From positions 284 through 64,283 of the forward strand of contig JANXYP010000278.1 of the NCBI GenBank assembly GCA_025355955.1: DNA of 64,000 bases, given 5' to 3'. A program made the translations under genes and the position numbers. The notes under the pieces are model-generated. The model ran no database searches. It saw only the letters and a program-made list of their open reading frames with translations, and was not told the origin of the DNA. Of this stretch, positions 30,173-39,774 are shown piece after piece (the first letter of the stretch is position 1; each line of letters opens with the position of its first letter). This DNA comes from Chloroflexota bacterium (lineage in GTDB: Bacteria > Chloroflexota > Chloroflexia > QHBQ01).

Positions 30173-30201
30173 ATAATATCACAAGTTTTTGATCCTGTCA
30201 A
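30173..30201 (-). promoter_or_regulatory. Sigma-70 promoter of the lacI-ABC-GH1 operon
   Basis: TTGACA-N17-TATTAT on the minus strand, just upstream of the operators. Confidence 0.7.
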
Positions 30202-30380
30202 TACCTTTTTGCAAAATTGGGGTAAATTGGTGAAATTGGTGGAAGTTCGTTAATGGGGGTGCGCTACAGGTTATTGGGTAGCTTGTTCGCTCACCAGGGC
30301 GGGCCACCGCCCGCCCCTACGTTTACCCAAACCTGTAGCACACCGGTTAATGGGTGATTAGTTGCGCCTGCTAGCAAACG

Positions 30381-31727
30381 GTGCTACAATTAGCCGACAA
30401 AGATAAGCTGCTGCTAAAAAAGGGATACCTTAAGGATATTACACTCATGAGCCTTGATCAATCGCTGCTTTTCTATACTGCGAAGAAGCATTCGGCAGTA
30501 AGAACTGTAGAGTACTTGTACAATCAGCTGATTCCATACATTGGCAACAAGCGCAAGTTGTTGTGGATGATAGCTGAAGCTGTACGCCAGACGGGCGTTA
30601 CCAGCGGCACTTTCGCGGACTTCTTCGCTGGTAGCAGTGTGGTGTCGCGGTTTGCCAAGGTTGCTGGCTTCAGGGTTGTTGCCAATGACTGGGAACCATA
30701 TGCCGGTGTAATCAATGGCTGCTATGTGCAATGCAACACAATGCCTTCCTTCAGTCAGCTCGGTGGTTGCGAAGAAACATTCTATGTCCTCAATCATGTA
30801 GAACCACGTGTAGGCTATATTACAACTCATCTATGTCCTGATTATGACGAAAACCCCAACCCTGATCGCGAGAGGATGTTCTACACCCGTGCCAATGGGA
30901 TGAAAATTGATGCTATGCGTGAACAACTCTATGAATGGGAAGAAAAAGATCTTCTTAGCGAAGAGGAACGCACTGTGTTGCTAGCTGCAATGATGTATTC
31001 GGTTAGCTATACGAGTAACACAAGCGGTGTATTCAAAGCCTTCCATCGGGGTTGGGGCGGTGAGACAAAGACGGCTTTGTATCGTATCCTTAGTAACATC
31101 GAGCTACGCCTACCGGTTCTCTACGATAATAAGCAGGACAACAAGGCATATCAAATGGATGCACAGCAGCTTGCCTTGCAGCTAAGGCACGCTGGCGAGA
31201 TAGTGGATATTGCCTACCTCGATCCCCCTTACAACCAACACCCCTACGGCAGCAACTATCATGTTCTCAATACGGTGGCGCTATGGGACAAACCCGTGGT
31301 TGCTCCATATGTAGAAGGTAAGAATAAGTCAGCGATCAGAACTGATTGGCGGACCGAGCGGCGTTCGGCATACAATCACAACACTGCTGCTCTCGCATAT
31401 GCCAAGCTGCTAGAGACGATTGAAGCCAGGTACATACTGACCAGCTATAGCACAGATGGAAACATTTCGCTTTGGAAGATGCTGGAGGCTGCGTCCCAGC
31501 GAGGTTCGCTTAGTTGTGTAACTAAGTCCTACAAACGATATAGGGTTAGTTCACAGCGTATGTCAACAAAGCCAATGAACGCTGAGTTCGTCCTTATTAT
31601 TGACACTAGCAGCCGCTCAAAGGCCGAAGATGTCGAACAGATTTACGCTCAGATTATAAATACTGAGCGTCAGGCATTGATGGCCCACAAGGAGTCGGTG
31701 AGCTATATCCAGGCATCGCTGTTCTAA
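30381..31727 (+). CDS. N6-adenine DNA methyltransferase (D12/alpha class)
   Basis: PYIGNKRKL, DFFAGSSVVS (motif I), YLDPPY (motif IV); AT-richer; true start may be 30447. Confidence 0.9.
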   Translation: MLQLADKDKLLLKKGYLKDITLMSLDQSLLFYTAKKHSAVRTVEYLYNQLIPYIGNKRKLLWMIAEAVRQTGVTSGTFADFFAGSSVVSRFAKVAGFRVVANDWEPYAGVINGCYVQCNTMPSFSQLGGCEETFYVLNHVEPRVGYITTHLCPDYDENPNPDRERMFYTRANGMKIDAMREQLYEWEEKDLLSEEERTVLLAAMMYSVSYTSNTSGVFKAFHRGWGGETKTALYRILSNIELRLPVLYDNKQDNKAYQMDAQQLALQLRHAGEIVDIAYLDPPYNQHPYGSNYHVLNTVALWDKPVVAPYVEGKNKSAIRTDWRTERRSAYNHNTAALAYAKLLETIEARYILTSYSTDGNISLWKMLEAASQRGSLSCVTKSYKRYRVSSQRMSTKPMNAEFVLIIDTSSRSKAEDVEQIYAQIINTERQALMAHKESVSYIQASLF

Positions 31728-32440
31728 GCCACTTCTTCTTCCAGCTCGAACCGCATCGAATGGTATTTGCTCTTATAATACTTGATACTAAACCTCATAA
31801 CTTCAAGAACCCTAACGGTCATTTCTTCAACTGTCCACTCATCTTCCCTGAAATACATACACCCTCTTTGAAACTCACCTTTTGGCCCTTGTCGCTGCAC
31901 AGCGAATGTGTTCAGCGGGCCGAACATATTGATGGTGGTTATGCGGTCAAGAATTGAGGATGCTGAGTCAAAGTCGCAGCCATCGCCAAAGCAAACAAAA
32001 GGAAATATATCCTCATGCAGGAGCCATGTACGGAAACCGATGACGTTCTTCCCCAACCTTTCAATAGCGTTGCCTTTTGCCTGCTTGGGCTTGCCTTCAT
32101 CCAACCTTTGCTTGTTCGTTCCCTGATTCTTAACTTCGGTTACAAGAATTGGATAAAGATTTCCTTCATGGTCAGCGATGCTGACAATGCCGCCATCGGG
32201 CCTCATTGATGATGTACCGAAATGATGATGAAACTCCACATCTGGATACGCTTCCTTCAGAGCTGCAACAATGTTCTTAAGGAAGATATGGTCGTGCCAT
32301 ATAATGCTAACCTTGAATTCCTGGCGAGCTGTTTCTATTGCACTCAATATAGCTATTTTAATCCTCCCTTCTTGTGCGGAAGAGATCTTGTTTATAACTG
32401 TTCCTTCGCGTTGAACTCTAAGAGTTGCCTTCCGTGCCAT
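31724..32440 (-). CDS. EcoRI-family type II restriction endonuclease
   Basis: RPDGG...VTEVKNQG (PD..ExK) and GNAIER match EcoRI hallmark motifs; convergent with the MTase, 4-nt overlap. Confidence 0.85.
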   Translation of the reverse strand: MARKATLRVQREGTVINKISSAQEGRIKIAILSAIETARQEFKVSIIWHDHIFLKNIVAALKEAYPDVEFHHHFGTSSMRPDGGIVSIADHEGNLYPILVTEVKNQGTNKQRLDEGKPKQAKGNAIERLGKNVIGFRTWLLHEDIFPFVCFGDGCDFDSASSILDRITTINMFGPLNTFAVQRQGPKGEFQRGCMYFREDEWTVEEMTVRVLEVMRFSIKYYKSKYHSMRFELEEEVA

Positions 32441-32608
32441 TTTAACACCTCCATAATTAAACTAGTTCAGGTCTGGTACACCTATGTTCACTATCTTTGC
32501 ACTCTTGCTATTTTCGCCCATATCTTGTAGGCATTGGCGTTGTCAAGACGCAAGGGGTTGTGGTAAAACCCGAAAGTGCAAAGATAGTGCTATGTTTTTA
32601 GCTGCGTA

Positions 32609-33565
32609 TCAACCCACTATAACTTCAGCAAGGAAGGCTGGATCAGCGTTGCCCCCACTGATTACCGCGATCACTCGCTTGCCGCGCAGCCCCGCCTTGC
32701 CACCCATGATCGCGGCGGTAGCCACGCTGCCGCTCGGCTCGGCGACGAGGTGGGCGCGGCGGGCCAGCAGGCGCATCGCGGCGCGGATCTCGTCCTCGCT
32801 GACGGTCACGATATCGTCAACGTACTTCTGCATTTGTCGCCAGTTCCAATCGCCGATCCGCTGGGTGCGTAGGCCGTCGGCAATCGTCTCCACCTTGGCC
32901 CACTCCACGATATGCCCAGCCTGGCGCGAATGGTAGGCATCGGCAGCGCCCTCTGGCTCGACCCCAATCACCCGCACATCGGGGCGCAGCGACTTGACCG
33001 CCGTGGCAATGCCACTAATCAGCCCGCCGCCACCGATCGGCACGACAATGGCATCAAACTCCGCAAGGTCCGCGCATACCTCTAGCCCGATTGTTCCCTG
33101 CCCAGCGATGATATATGGGTCGTCGAAGGGTGGCACGATGGCATAGCTGTATTCTGCCGCCAACTGCTCGGCCTTCAGGCGGCGCTCCTCGGAGCTATCA
33201 CCAACGAATACCACCTCCGCACCCCAACTGCGCGTGCCGTCAATCTTTACCTGGGCAGTCTTCGCGGGCATAACTACAATTGCTGGACAACCCAGCAGGT
33301 GCGCGGCGCAGGCTACGCCCTGGGCGTGGTTGCCGGAGGAGTAGGTGATCACCCCGCGCTGGCGTTGCTCCACGCTCAGGCTGTTCACCTTGTTGTACGC
33401 GCCGCGAATCTTGAAGCTGCCAGTCTTCTGCAGGCACTCTGGCTTGAAGTAGACCAGGTTGCCCAACTCATCGCCCTGAAAGGGCAGCAGCGGGGTGTGT
33501 ACCACTACGCCATGCAGCACACTTGCCGCCGCCTTAATATCGTCAATCGTCACGTATTCGCTCAT
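32609..33565 (-). CDS. PLP-dependent threonine/serine dehydratase (short form)
   Basis: KPECLQKTGSFKIRGA, SSGNHAQG, PIGGGGLISG, ISGGN. Confidence 0.93.
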   Translation of the reverse strand: MSEYVTIDDIKAAASVLHGVVVHTPLLPFQGDELGNLVYFKPECLQKTGSFKIRGAYNKVNSLSVEQRQRGVITYSSGNHAQGVACAAHLLGCPAIVVMPAKTAQVKIDGTRSWGAEVVFVGDSSEERRLKAEQLAAEYSYAIVPPFDDPYIIAGQGTIGLEVCADLAEFDAIVVPIGGGGLISGIATAVKSLRPDVRVIGVEPEGAADAYHSRQAGHIVEWAKVETIADGLRTQRIGDWNWRQMQKYVDDIVTVSEDEIRAAMRLLARRAHLVAEPSGSVATAAIMGGKAGLRGKRVIAVISGGNADPAFLAEVIVG

Positions 33566-34746
33566 CGGTTCTCCTTGTATGTTAGTGTGCCGCCAATCGA
33601 AGCGGCGAAGCCTGCCAGCGCCTCATCACCAGCCACGCGCACACGGGGTAGCTGCATCGGGTCAGCACTTGGATAGCTCCAACCATAGCGAGTTGTGGTC
33701 GCCGCACTGTATCCCGCAAGCTGCGCTGCCTGCGCCACCGCCCCGTTGTAATGACCCGCTGGATAACAGATAATCGTCACTGGCTTGCCAATGTGGGCTT
33801 CCAGTTGGGCTTTCGACTCAGTCAATTCGTAATTTAGCTGGGCGGTGCCGAGACTGTCCAGGTTAATGTGGTCGACGGTGTGGCTCTCGATGTCCATGCC
33901 CGCCGCGCTCATCGCTTGCAACTGCGGCCAGCTCATGTAGCCATCCCAGCCAACCTTTCCGGTAATAACATGGAATGTGCCGACCATGCCATGCTGCAGC
34001 AGTAGCGGGTAGGCATTGGCATAGATGTCGTCGTAACCATCATCGAAGGTCAACACGATGGGGTTGGCGGGCAATGGCGGAGCGGGTTGGCCCAACCGAG
34101 TTGCGTTCATCCAATCTACATATCGCGCAAGAGTGATAGTCTGGTAGCCATGGCTGCTGAGGTAGTCGAGTTGGGCGGCAAAACCTGGCGGCGTGACCGA
34201 CAGCCCGATGCGAATGGTGTCTGCATTGGCGGGCGGTACGGCAATGTGGTGATACATCATAATTGGCACGCCCGCGCCATTGTAATGCTGTGCTACTGCT
34301 GGCGTATTGCTCGTCTGCACTGGCGTTGCTGCGGTCACTATAATCGGCGTTGCCACGGCCACTATACCTGGCGTAGCTGGTGGCTCTGGCGTAACCGTCG
34401 GCAGTGTGATGACGGTCTCGGCAGGAGGCTGCGCCGCCACAGTCGGTTGCGACGTGGCGGCGTAGGCGATGGGCTGCACTGGGTCGTCGGTATCGGGGAT
34501 GGTCGCAGTTGCTGACGCTAGCGCAATCTGGTTGGTTGCGGGCAGGGCTGGGGTGGAGGCCGCAATAGGTATTACCTTGACGGCTGCTGATGTTGGGGCC
34601 GCGATGGTTACCGCCTCGATGCGGACCATCTGCACAGCAGGCGGCTGCAGCGCGGCAGCAAGCGCTTGCCAACCGCTTACCCCTAGTAGCGCCCCGGCAA
34701 CCAGCAACAGCAACCCCGTATAAATGTGGCGATGTTTGATATCCAC
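33562..34746 (-). CDS. Membrane-anchored polysaccharide deacetylase (NodB/CE4)
   Basis: VPIMMYHHI, LTFDDGY, IESHTVDH, ICYPAG, LPRVRV after a P/T/A-rich linker. Confidence 0.9.
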   Translation of the reverse strand: MDIKHRHIYTGLLLLVAGALLGVSGWQALAAALQPPAVQMVRIEAVTIAAPTSAAVKVIPIAASTPALPATNQIALASATATIPDTDDPVQPIAYAATSQPTVAAQPPAETVITLPTVTPEPPATPGIVAVATPIIVTAATPVQTSNTPAVAQHYNGAGVPIMMYHHIAVPPANADTIRIGLSVTPPGFAAQLDYLSSHGYQTITLARYVDWMNATRLGQPAPPLPANPIVLTFDDGYDDIYANAYPLLLQHGMVGTFHVITGKVGWDGYMSWPQLQAMSAAGMDIESHTVDHINLDSLGTAQLNYELTESKAQLEAHIGKPVTIICYPAGHYNGAVAQAAQLAGYSAATTTRYGWSYPSADPMQLPRVRVAGDEALAGFAASIGGTLTYKENR

Positions 34747-34757
34747 AGGTGCTCGCT

Positions 34758-35969
34758 TTACAACTCGCCAAATTGCAGGCGCGGGCGCTCGGAGCGAACG
34801 CTGGTTTGCTGCACGATCAGCTTCCTTACTGGCTCGACCTCCTCATTGCGATTGATGAAGATGGCCGCGCCGATATGATCGTCCTTGACGTACAAGACAC
34901 TGAAGGGCTTCTGGCTGGGGTCGCCACGCACGATCAACTCGTCCCAATCCTTGACGTTTCCGAGATACTCCATCGCCACATCGAACACGTCGGAGAAGAA
35001 GTAAGGTAGGGTGGTGTACTCCTCATGCGCCCCGGCCATATTGCGGCCCGCTGCCTTGCCCGTATTCTGGGCCACATCCCAATGCTCTACTCGCATCTTG
35101 CGCCTGTACAACGCACTATCGAAAGCGGCAATGTCACCCGCGACGAATACATCAGAAGCGCTGCTCTCCAGATACTGGTTTACATCCACGCCGCGTTCGG
35201 CCATCTTCATCCCGGCCTGCTCGGCCACATCGGTGTAGGGGGTTGCGCCCACCCCGGCAAGGACAAGGTCGGCATCCAGGTTGCGGCCACCGTTAGTCTT
35301 GACCCGCAGGCCGCTGCCGCTTTGCTCGATTGCGCTGGCGCTATCTTCGTGGATGATCTCGATGCCGTGCTGTTCGAGTACGCCGGTCATGAACGTGGCA
35401 ACCTGAGGGCCGAACATCTCCCAAACTTGCTTGCCCTTGTTCAGCAGCGTCACTTTCGCGCCACTCTGCGCCGCACTAGCGGCAACCTCCACCCCGATGA
35501 AGCCTGCGCCGATAATAACCACGCGCTGGCCCGCGATGATCTGTTGTTTGAGGCGATGGCTGTCGGCCAGGGTGCGTAGGTAATGCACGCCGGGCAAATC
35601 GCCGCCAGGTGCATCCAGCTTGCGCGAACCGCAGCCGGTCGCCAGCAGCAGTCGGTCGTAGTGAAATACGCTACCATCGTCCACTCGCACCGTCTTCGCT
35701 GCGGTGTCCAGGGCCACCGCCTCGCGGCCAATCAGCGCCACCACCCCATTCTGCTTGTAGTAATCCTCGTTATGGACGTAGACATCCGCCTGCGGAGTCT
35801 CACCGCGCAGGAAATCTTTGGACAGCGGCGGACGGTGGTACGGTAGTTCCACCTCCCGCGCCACGATGATAATGCTGCCATCCTTGTCCAACTCGCGGAT
35901 ACCCTCGACCGCCGAGGCCGCCGCCAGCCCGCCACCGACGATTACATACTTCGCATTCTGTTCAGTCAT
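34758..35969 (-). CDS. FAD/NAD(P)-dependent oxidoreductase (ferredoxin reductase type)
   Basis: IVGGGLAA, YHRPPLSK, LLLATG, IGAGFIGVE, VFVAGDIA, RVEHW. Confidence 0.92.
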   Translation of the reverse strand: MTEQNAKYVIVGGGLAAASAVEGIRELDKDGSIIIVAREVELPYHRPPLSKDFLRGETPQADVYVHNEDYYKQNGVVALIGREAVALDTAAKTVRVDDGSVFHYDRLLLATGCGSRKLDAPGGDLPGVHYLRTLADSHRLKQQIIAGQRVVIIGAGFIGVEVAASAAQSGAKVTLLNKGKQVWEMFGPQVATFMTGVLEQHGIEIIHEDSASAIEQSGSGLRVKTNGGRNLDADLVLAGVGATPYTDVAEQAGMKMAERGVDVNQYLESSASDVFVAGDIAAFDSALYRRKMRVEHWDVAQNTGKAAGRNMAGAHEEYTTLPYFFSDVFDVAMEYLGNVKDWDELIVRGDPSQKPFSVLYVKDDHIGAAIFINRNEEVEPVRKLIVQQTSVRSERPRLQFGEL

Positions 35970-36039
35970 TTTGCTCCTCCTGACCCTGATTATAAGCCCG
36001 CAATTATCAGCGCGTCAAGTATACAGGGCAAAAAGCGGT

Positions 36040-36230
36040 TGCGGTTCACGTTCTTGCATTATCGAGCAAGGCGAACAACGATTCGCTCCTACCGAATGCT
36101 TGCGCTGCAAGAATGTGAACCGCATCAGGGGCAAAAAGCGGTTGCGGTTCACGCTCTTGCATAACCAAGCAGGGCGAACCGTTGTTCGTCCCTACCGAAT
36201 GCTTGCGCTGCAAGAACGTGAACCGCTCCA
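36040..36230. repeat. Two tandem composite elements (gcggttcacg...cgtgaaccgc arms) of about 100 bp, each around a REP
   Basis: gcggttgcggttcacg(t/c)tcttgca...ctaccgaatgcttgcgctgcaagaa(t/c)gtgaaccgc x2. Confidence 0.85.
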
Positions 36231-36232
36231 GG

Positions 36233-36368
36233 GGCAAAAGCAGAGAAGCCTCGAACAGTCCTTGCGGAGCATCCGAAGCCTCTCATTTTACGGGCAGCAT
36301 TGCTGCTGTCGTGTTACTATCTTATCACCGTTCCCCCATCCTGTCAAGGGGGTTATCCACAATTTTGC
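36233..36368 (-). ncRNA. Candidate promoter plus structured RNA cassette, copy 1
   Basis: TTGACA (36347-42)-N17-TAAGAT (36324-19), followed by hairpins and a U-tract; near-identical to 37613-37749. Confidence 0.5.
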
Positions 36369-36448
36369 AGGCGATTTTGCGGTTTCGCGGAAAATAACTA
36401 AAGGCGGAGGCTATCCGCCCCCGCCCTTGTATCCAGCTGCGTGCTGCT

Positions 36449-37351
36449 TTAGCCGTTGCTGCCGCTGCCAGGAGCGGTGTTGTTGGGAGTGCCATTGTTA
36501 TTGCCATTGCTGCCAGGGCCACCGAAGCCGGGGCCGCCGAAACCACGATGACCGAAGCCGCCAGGGCCGAAGCCGAAGCCGAAGCCCCTCTGAGTCAGGT
36601 CAGCGTTCTGGATGCGCTGGATGATGCTATCCTCCTGCGCCTGGGTCAGCGTGCCAGCCTTCACCGCTGTATCGAGCGTCGGCTTGACCGTGTTGACGAT
36701 GGTAGTCTTCAGGTCGGCCACGCTAACGTTCTTGCTCTGGGCGATCTGGGCCAGGGTCTGAGTCTTAAGGTCGGTCATCAATTCAGTGGTGGTAATGCCC
36801 AGCTTGTTGGCAACTGCGGTGACAACCTGCTGCATCACGCCGCCCATTACGCCCATGCCTGGGCCGCCAGGCATATCCTTGCCGCCCATGTGGCCGCCCA
36901 TCATCGGGCCGAAGCCACGGCCAAAGCCTCCGAAGCCGTATTGACCGTTCTTCGCCATCGCATCAATGCGCTGGTTGATGCTATCGGCCTGGGCCTGGGT
37001 TAGCTTGCCATCCTTGACTGCCTGGGCGATGGTGTCCTTCTCTGCCTGCACCATGCTCTGGGTGAGCTTGAACTTGCTCACGCCCAGGTCGGTGGATAGG
37101 TTCTGCAGGTAAAGGTTGTAGTAATAACTGTTGGTGTCAGTCATCGGCTTGGTTGTGGTGGCGGGGTTGGTGGTGCCGGGGTTGGTGGTTTGCGCCTGAT
37201 TGGCGGTGGTCTGCGCCTGGTTGACGGTTTGTGCCTGCGATGCTGCGGCTGTGCCGCCTCCGGTCTGCATGGCAGCGATAAGCATCAACGCGCCTAGCAG
37301 TAGCACCGCGGTAAACGAACTGGCGATTACTAGTAGTTTGTACTTCTTCAT
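36449..37351 (-). CDS. Secreted or membrane-anchored hypothetical protein with repeated helical modules (GKLTQAQAD / GTLTQAQED)
   Basis: N-terminal TM/signal, T/Q linker, two helical repeats and G-rich spacers. Confidence 0.8.
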   Translation of the reverse strand: MKKYKLLVIASSFTAVLLLGALMLIAAMQTGGGTAAASQAQTVNQAQTTANQAQTTNPGTTNPATTTKPMTDTNSYYYNLYLQNLSTDLGVSKFKLTQSMVQAEKDTIAQAVKDGKLTQAQADSINQRIDAMAKNGQYGFGGFGRGFGPMMGGHMGGKDMPGGPGMGVMGGVMQQVVTAVANKLGITTTELMTDLKTQTLAQIAQSKNVSVADLKTTIVNTVKPTLDTAVKAGTLTQAQEDSIIQRIQNADLTQRGFGFGFGPGGFGHRGFGGPGFGGPGSNGNNNGTPNNTAPGSGSNG

Positions 37352-37612
37352 TGCAATTCTCCTTCTAAATCCTGGTTTATTGCGTCTGCTTTCGCAAACG
37401 CGGTTGGTTTAATACTTCGACGAGATGGTGTAGCCGTCTCTACCTTAATTACACCTTGCGCCAACGCTTGTTTCGCAACTGGCCTCCACTTTAATCTGCT
37501 TTTAATTTACTGCTTTAGCTTGGGGTTGGTGGGTATGGATACTGATCCATTATCGCACGTCCAGGTTAGAGTGGGATGAACTGAAGATGAAATCTGCATT
37601 AAAGATAATATC

Positions 37613-37749
37613 GGCAAAAAGCAGAGAAGCCTCGAACAGTCCTTGCGGAGCATCCGAAGCCTCTCATTTTACGGGCAGCATTGCTGCTGTCGTGATACTA
37701 TCTTATCACCGTTTCCCCATCCTGTCAAGGGGGTTGTCCACAATTTTGC
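37613..37749 (-). ncRNA. Candidate promoter plus structured RNA cassette, copy 2
   Basis: Differs from copy 1 at about 4 positions, none in the hairpins. Confidence 0.5.
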
Positions 37750-37791
37750 CAGAATATGCAAAACTCATAATTCAAACTTAATCACCACTCA

Positions 37792-38472
37792 CTATCCGAT
37801 AGCAGTACCCTGCACATCCAACTCGTCGGCCTTGATTTGTGCGCTGGGCTTGAGGCCTGCGCTGGGGGTGGTAAGGCGTTCGAGCAGGCGGAAGATCAGG
37901 TCGACGCTGATCGAGAGCAGCGCGATCATCACCGCGCCCGCCAGGATCTTGTCGTTGTTGCGTTCGCCTACCCCGTTGAGCAGCAGTTGGCCGAGGCCGC
38001 CCGCGCCGATCCAGGCGGCAATTGTGCCAATGCCGATGATCAGCAGCGCGGCGATGCGAATACCCGCGATGATGATCGGCAGGGCCAGCGGCAGTTCCAC
38101 CATGGTCAATCGTTGCCAGCTACTCATGCCCATGCCGCGGGCCGCTTCCTTGATTGCCGGGTCAATCTGATCGAAGCCGAGCGCCACATTGCGTACCAGG
38201 CTCAGTTGCGAGTAGGCGACCAACACACTGATGGCGGGCAAGAAGCCGAGGCCGAGGAACGGCACCATGATGGCGAACAAGGCCAGGCTGGGCATGGTGT
38301 AGATGATACCCAGCACTGCTAGAATGGGGGTGGATAGCGGCTTAACCCGGCTGATTAGCAGGCCGAGCGGCAACGCGATGATGATGGCGATAATCAGCGA
38401 GTAAGCGGTAAGCTGCAGGTGCTGATACAGGCGTTGGCTCACCTCGTCAAAGTTATTGAAGATGTAATTCAT
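37792..38472 (-). CDS. Osmoprotectant ABC permease (OpuC/OsmW type)
   Basis: IYTMPSLAL, EAARGMGMS, VELPLALP, GAGGLG. Confidence 0.92.
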   Translation of the reverse strand: MNYIFNNFDEVSQRLYQHLQLTAYSLIIAIIIALPLGLLISRVKPLSTPILAVLGIIYTMPSLALFAIMVPFLGLGFLPAISVLVAYSQLSLVRNVALGFDQIDPAIKEAARGMGMSSWQRLTMVELPLALPIIIAGIRIAALLIIGIGTIAAWIGAGGLGQLLLNGVGERNNDKILAGAVMIALLSISVDLIFRLLERLTTPSAGLKPSAQIKADELDVQGTAIG

Positions 38473-38511
38473 TATTGCCCACCCCCAGCCCCTCCCGGTG
38501 GGAGGGGAGAA

Positions 38512-39558
38512 TCATGTTGTAGCCCCGTCCGGTGGGAGGAGAGTGTTCGGGTGGTCGCTGGTTAGCTGGCGCAGCGCCGTCAGGGTCATCTGGCCGCGTG
38601 GGTTGCCTGCCTCGTCCACCACTCGTAGCGCGTCGCTGCCGCTGCTCATTATCAGGCCGAGCGCATGGCGCAAGTTGTCGCCAATGCCGATGCTTAGGGC
38701 GTGATTAGCCGCTGCCTGGCTGGTGAGAGGCTCCAGCAAATCCTTTACTGCTAGCAAGCTGAGGCGGCGCAGCACATCTTCCGCGCCCACTAGCTGGCTG
38801 ACGAACTGATTGGCAGGGCGGGTGAGGATGTTGAGCGGGGTGTCGTACTGCACCACCTCGCCGTTCTGCATGATCACGATCTCGTCGGCCAGGCGCAGCG
38901 CCTCCTCGACATCGTGGGTGACGAACAGGATGGTCTTGCGTACCGTATGCTGAATACGCAGCAGTTCGTCTTGCAGGCGGGTGCGGGTGATGCTGTCAAT
39001 AGCGGCGAACGGCTCATCCATCAGCAGGGTAGCGGGGTCGGCGGCCATGGCGCGGGCGATGCCTACCCTCTGCTGCTGCCCACCGGATAGCTGGCGGGGG
39101 TAGCGGCGGCGATATTCCTCTGGCGGCAACCCCACCAGCTTGAGCAGCTCGTCAATCCGTGCGTCAATCCTGGGCTTATCCCAGCCCAGCAGGTTGGGAA
39201 CGACCGCAATATTCTTCTCCACCCGCATATGGGGAAAGAGGCCGACATCCTGGATTACGTAGCCAATCTGCCGCCGCAGAGCTTCGAGCTTCAAAGCATA
39301 TATGGGCGTACCTTCGATGTAGATGTAACCGGAGGTCATCTCGTGCAAGCGATTGACCATCTTCATCAGGGTAGTCTTGCCGCAACCGGAGGGGCCGAGC
39401 AGGATAACCAGGTGGCCGCGCTTGACGCTTAGGCTGACATGGTTGACCGCTGGCCGGGCCGCGCCGGGGAAGTCCTTGACTACATCCTCGAACACAATCG
39501 CCGCATCATCGGCAACCTTCGGTTCGACCTTCGTCTGCTCTGCGATCTGCGCCGCCAT
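38512..39558 (-). CDS. Osmoprotectant ABC ATP-binding protein with a CBS-like tail
   Basis: GPSGCGKTT, YVIQDVGLFPH, LSGGQQQRVG, LLMDEPF. Confidence 0.94.
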   Translation of the reverse strand: MAAQIAEQTKVEPKVADDAAIVFEDVVKDFPGAARPAVNHVSLSVKRGHLVILLGPSGCGKTTLMKMVNRLHEMTSGYIYIEGTPIYALKLEALRRQIGYVIQDVGLFPHMRVEKNIAVVPNLLGWDKPRIDARIDELLKLVGLPPEEYRRRYPRQLSGGQQQRVGIARAMAADPATLLMDEPFAAIDSITRTRLQDELLRIQHTVRKTILFVTHDVEEALRLADEIVIMQNGEVVQYDTPLNILTRPANQFVSQLVGAEDVLRRLSLLAVKDLLEPLTSQAAANHALSIGIGDNLRHALGLIMSSGSDALRVVDEAGNPRGQMTLTALRQLTSDHPNTLLPPDGATT

Positions 39559-39594
39559 AGTTTTGCCTCTTTAGCTTCACTCCAATAGCACAAA

Positions 39595-39766
39595 GGCGCA
39601 CTGACGAGGGCTAGCGATTAACCATTGCATTGTCGGCGGAGGTAGGGCGCAATTCATTGCGCCCCTACAATAACGGAAACTGGTTCTTCGTAGGGGCGTG
39701 ATTTATCACGCCCTTACCGAAGCGCCGACATATCCTGATCAGCCATCGAGGTTTCGTCAGTGCGCC
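39595..39766. mobile_element. 172-bp inverted-repeat element enclosing a REP doublet (REPIN-like)
   Basis: 13-bp ends ggcgcactgacga / tcgtcagtgcgcc; two GTAGGG..CCC(C/T)TAC hairpins inside. Confidence 0.7.
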
Positions 39767-39774
39767 CTGCTGGG

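Noticed and set aside
35818-36624. 268-aa plus-strand ORF
   Set aside because: It runs through repeats and the antisense of real genes
36351-37742. DnaA boxes indicating oriC
   Set aside because: Only one box per duplicated cassette; no box cluster, AT-rich unwinding element or dnaA/dnaN
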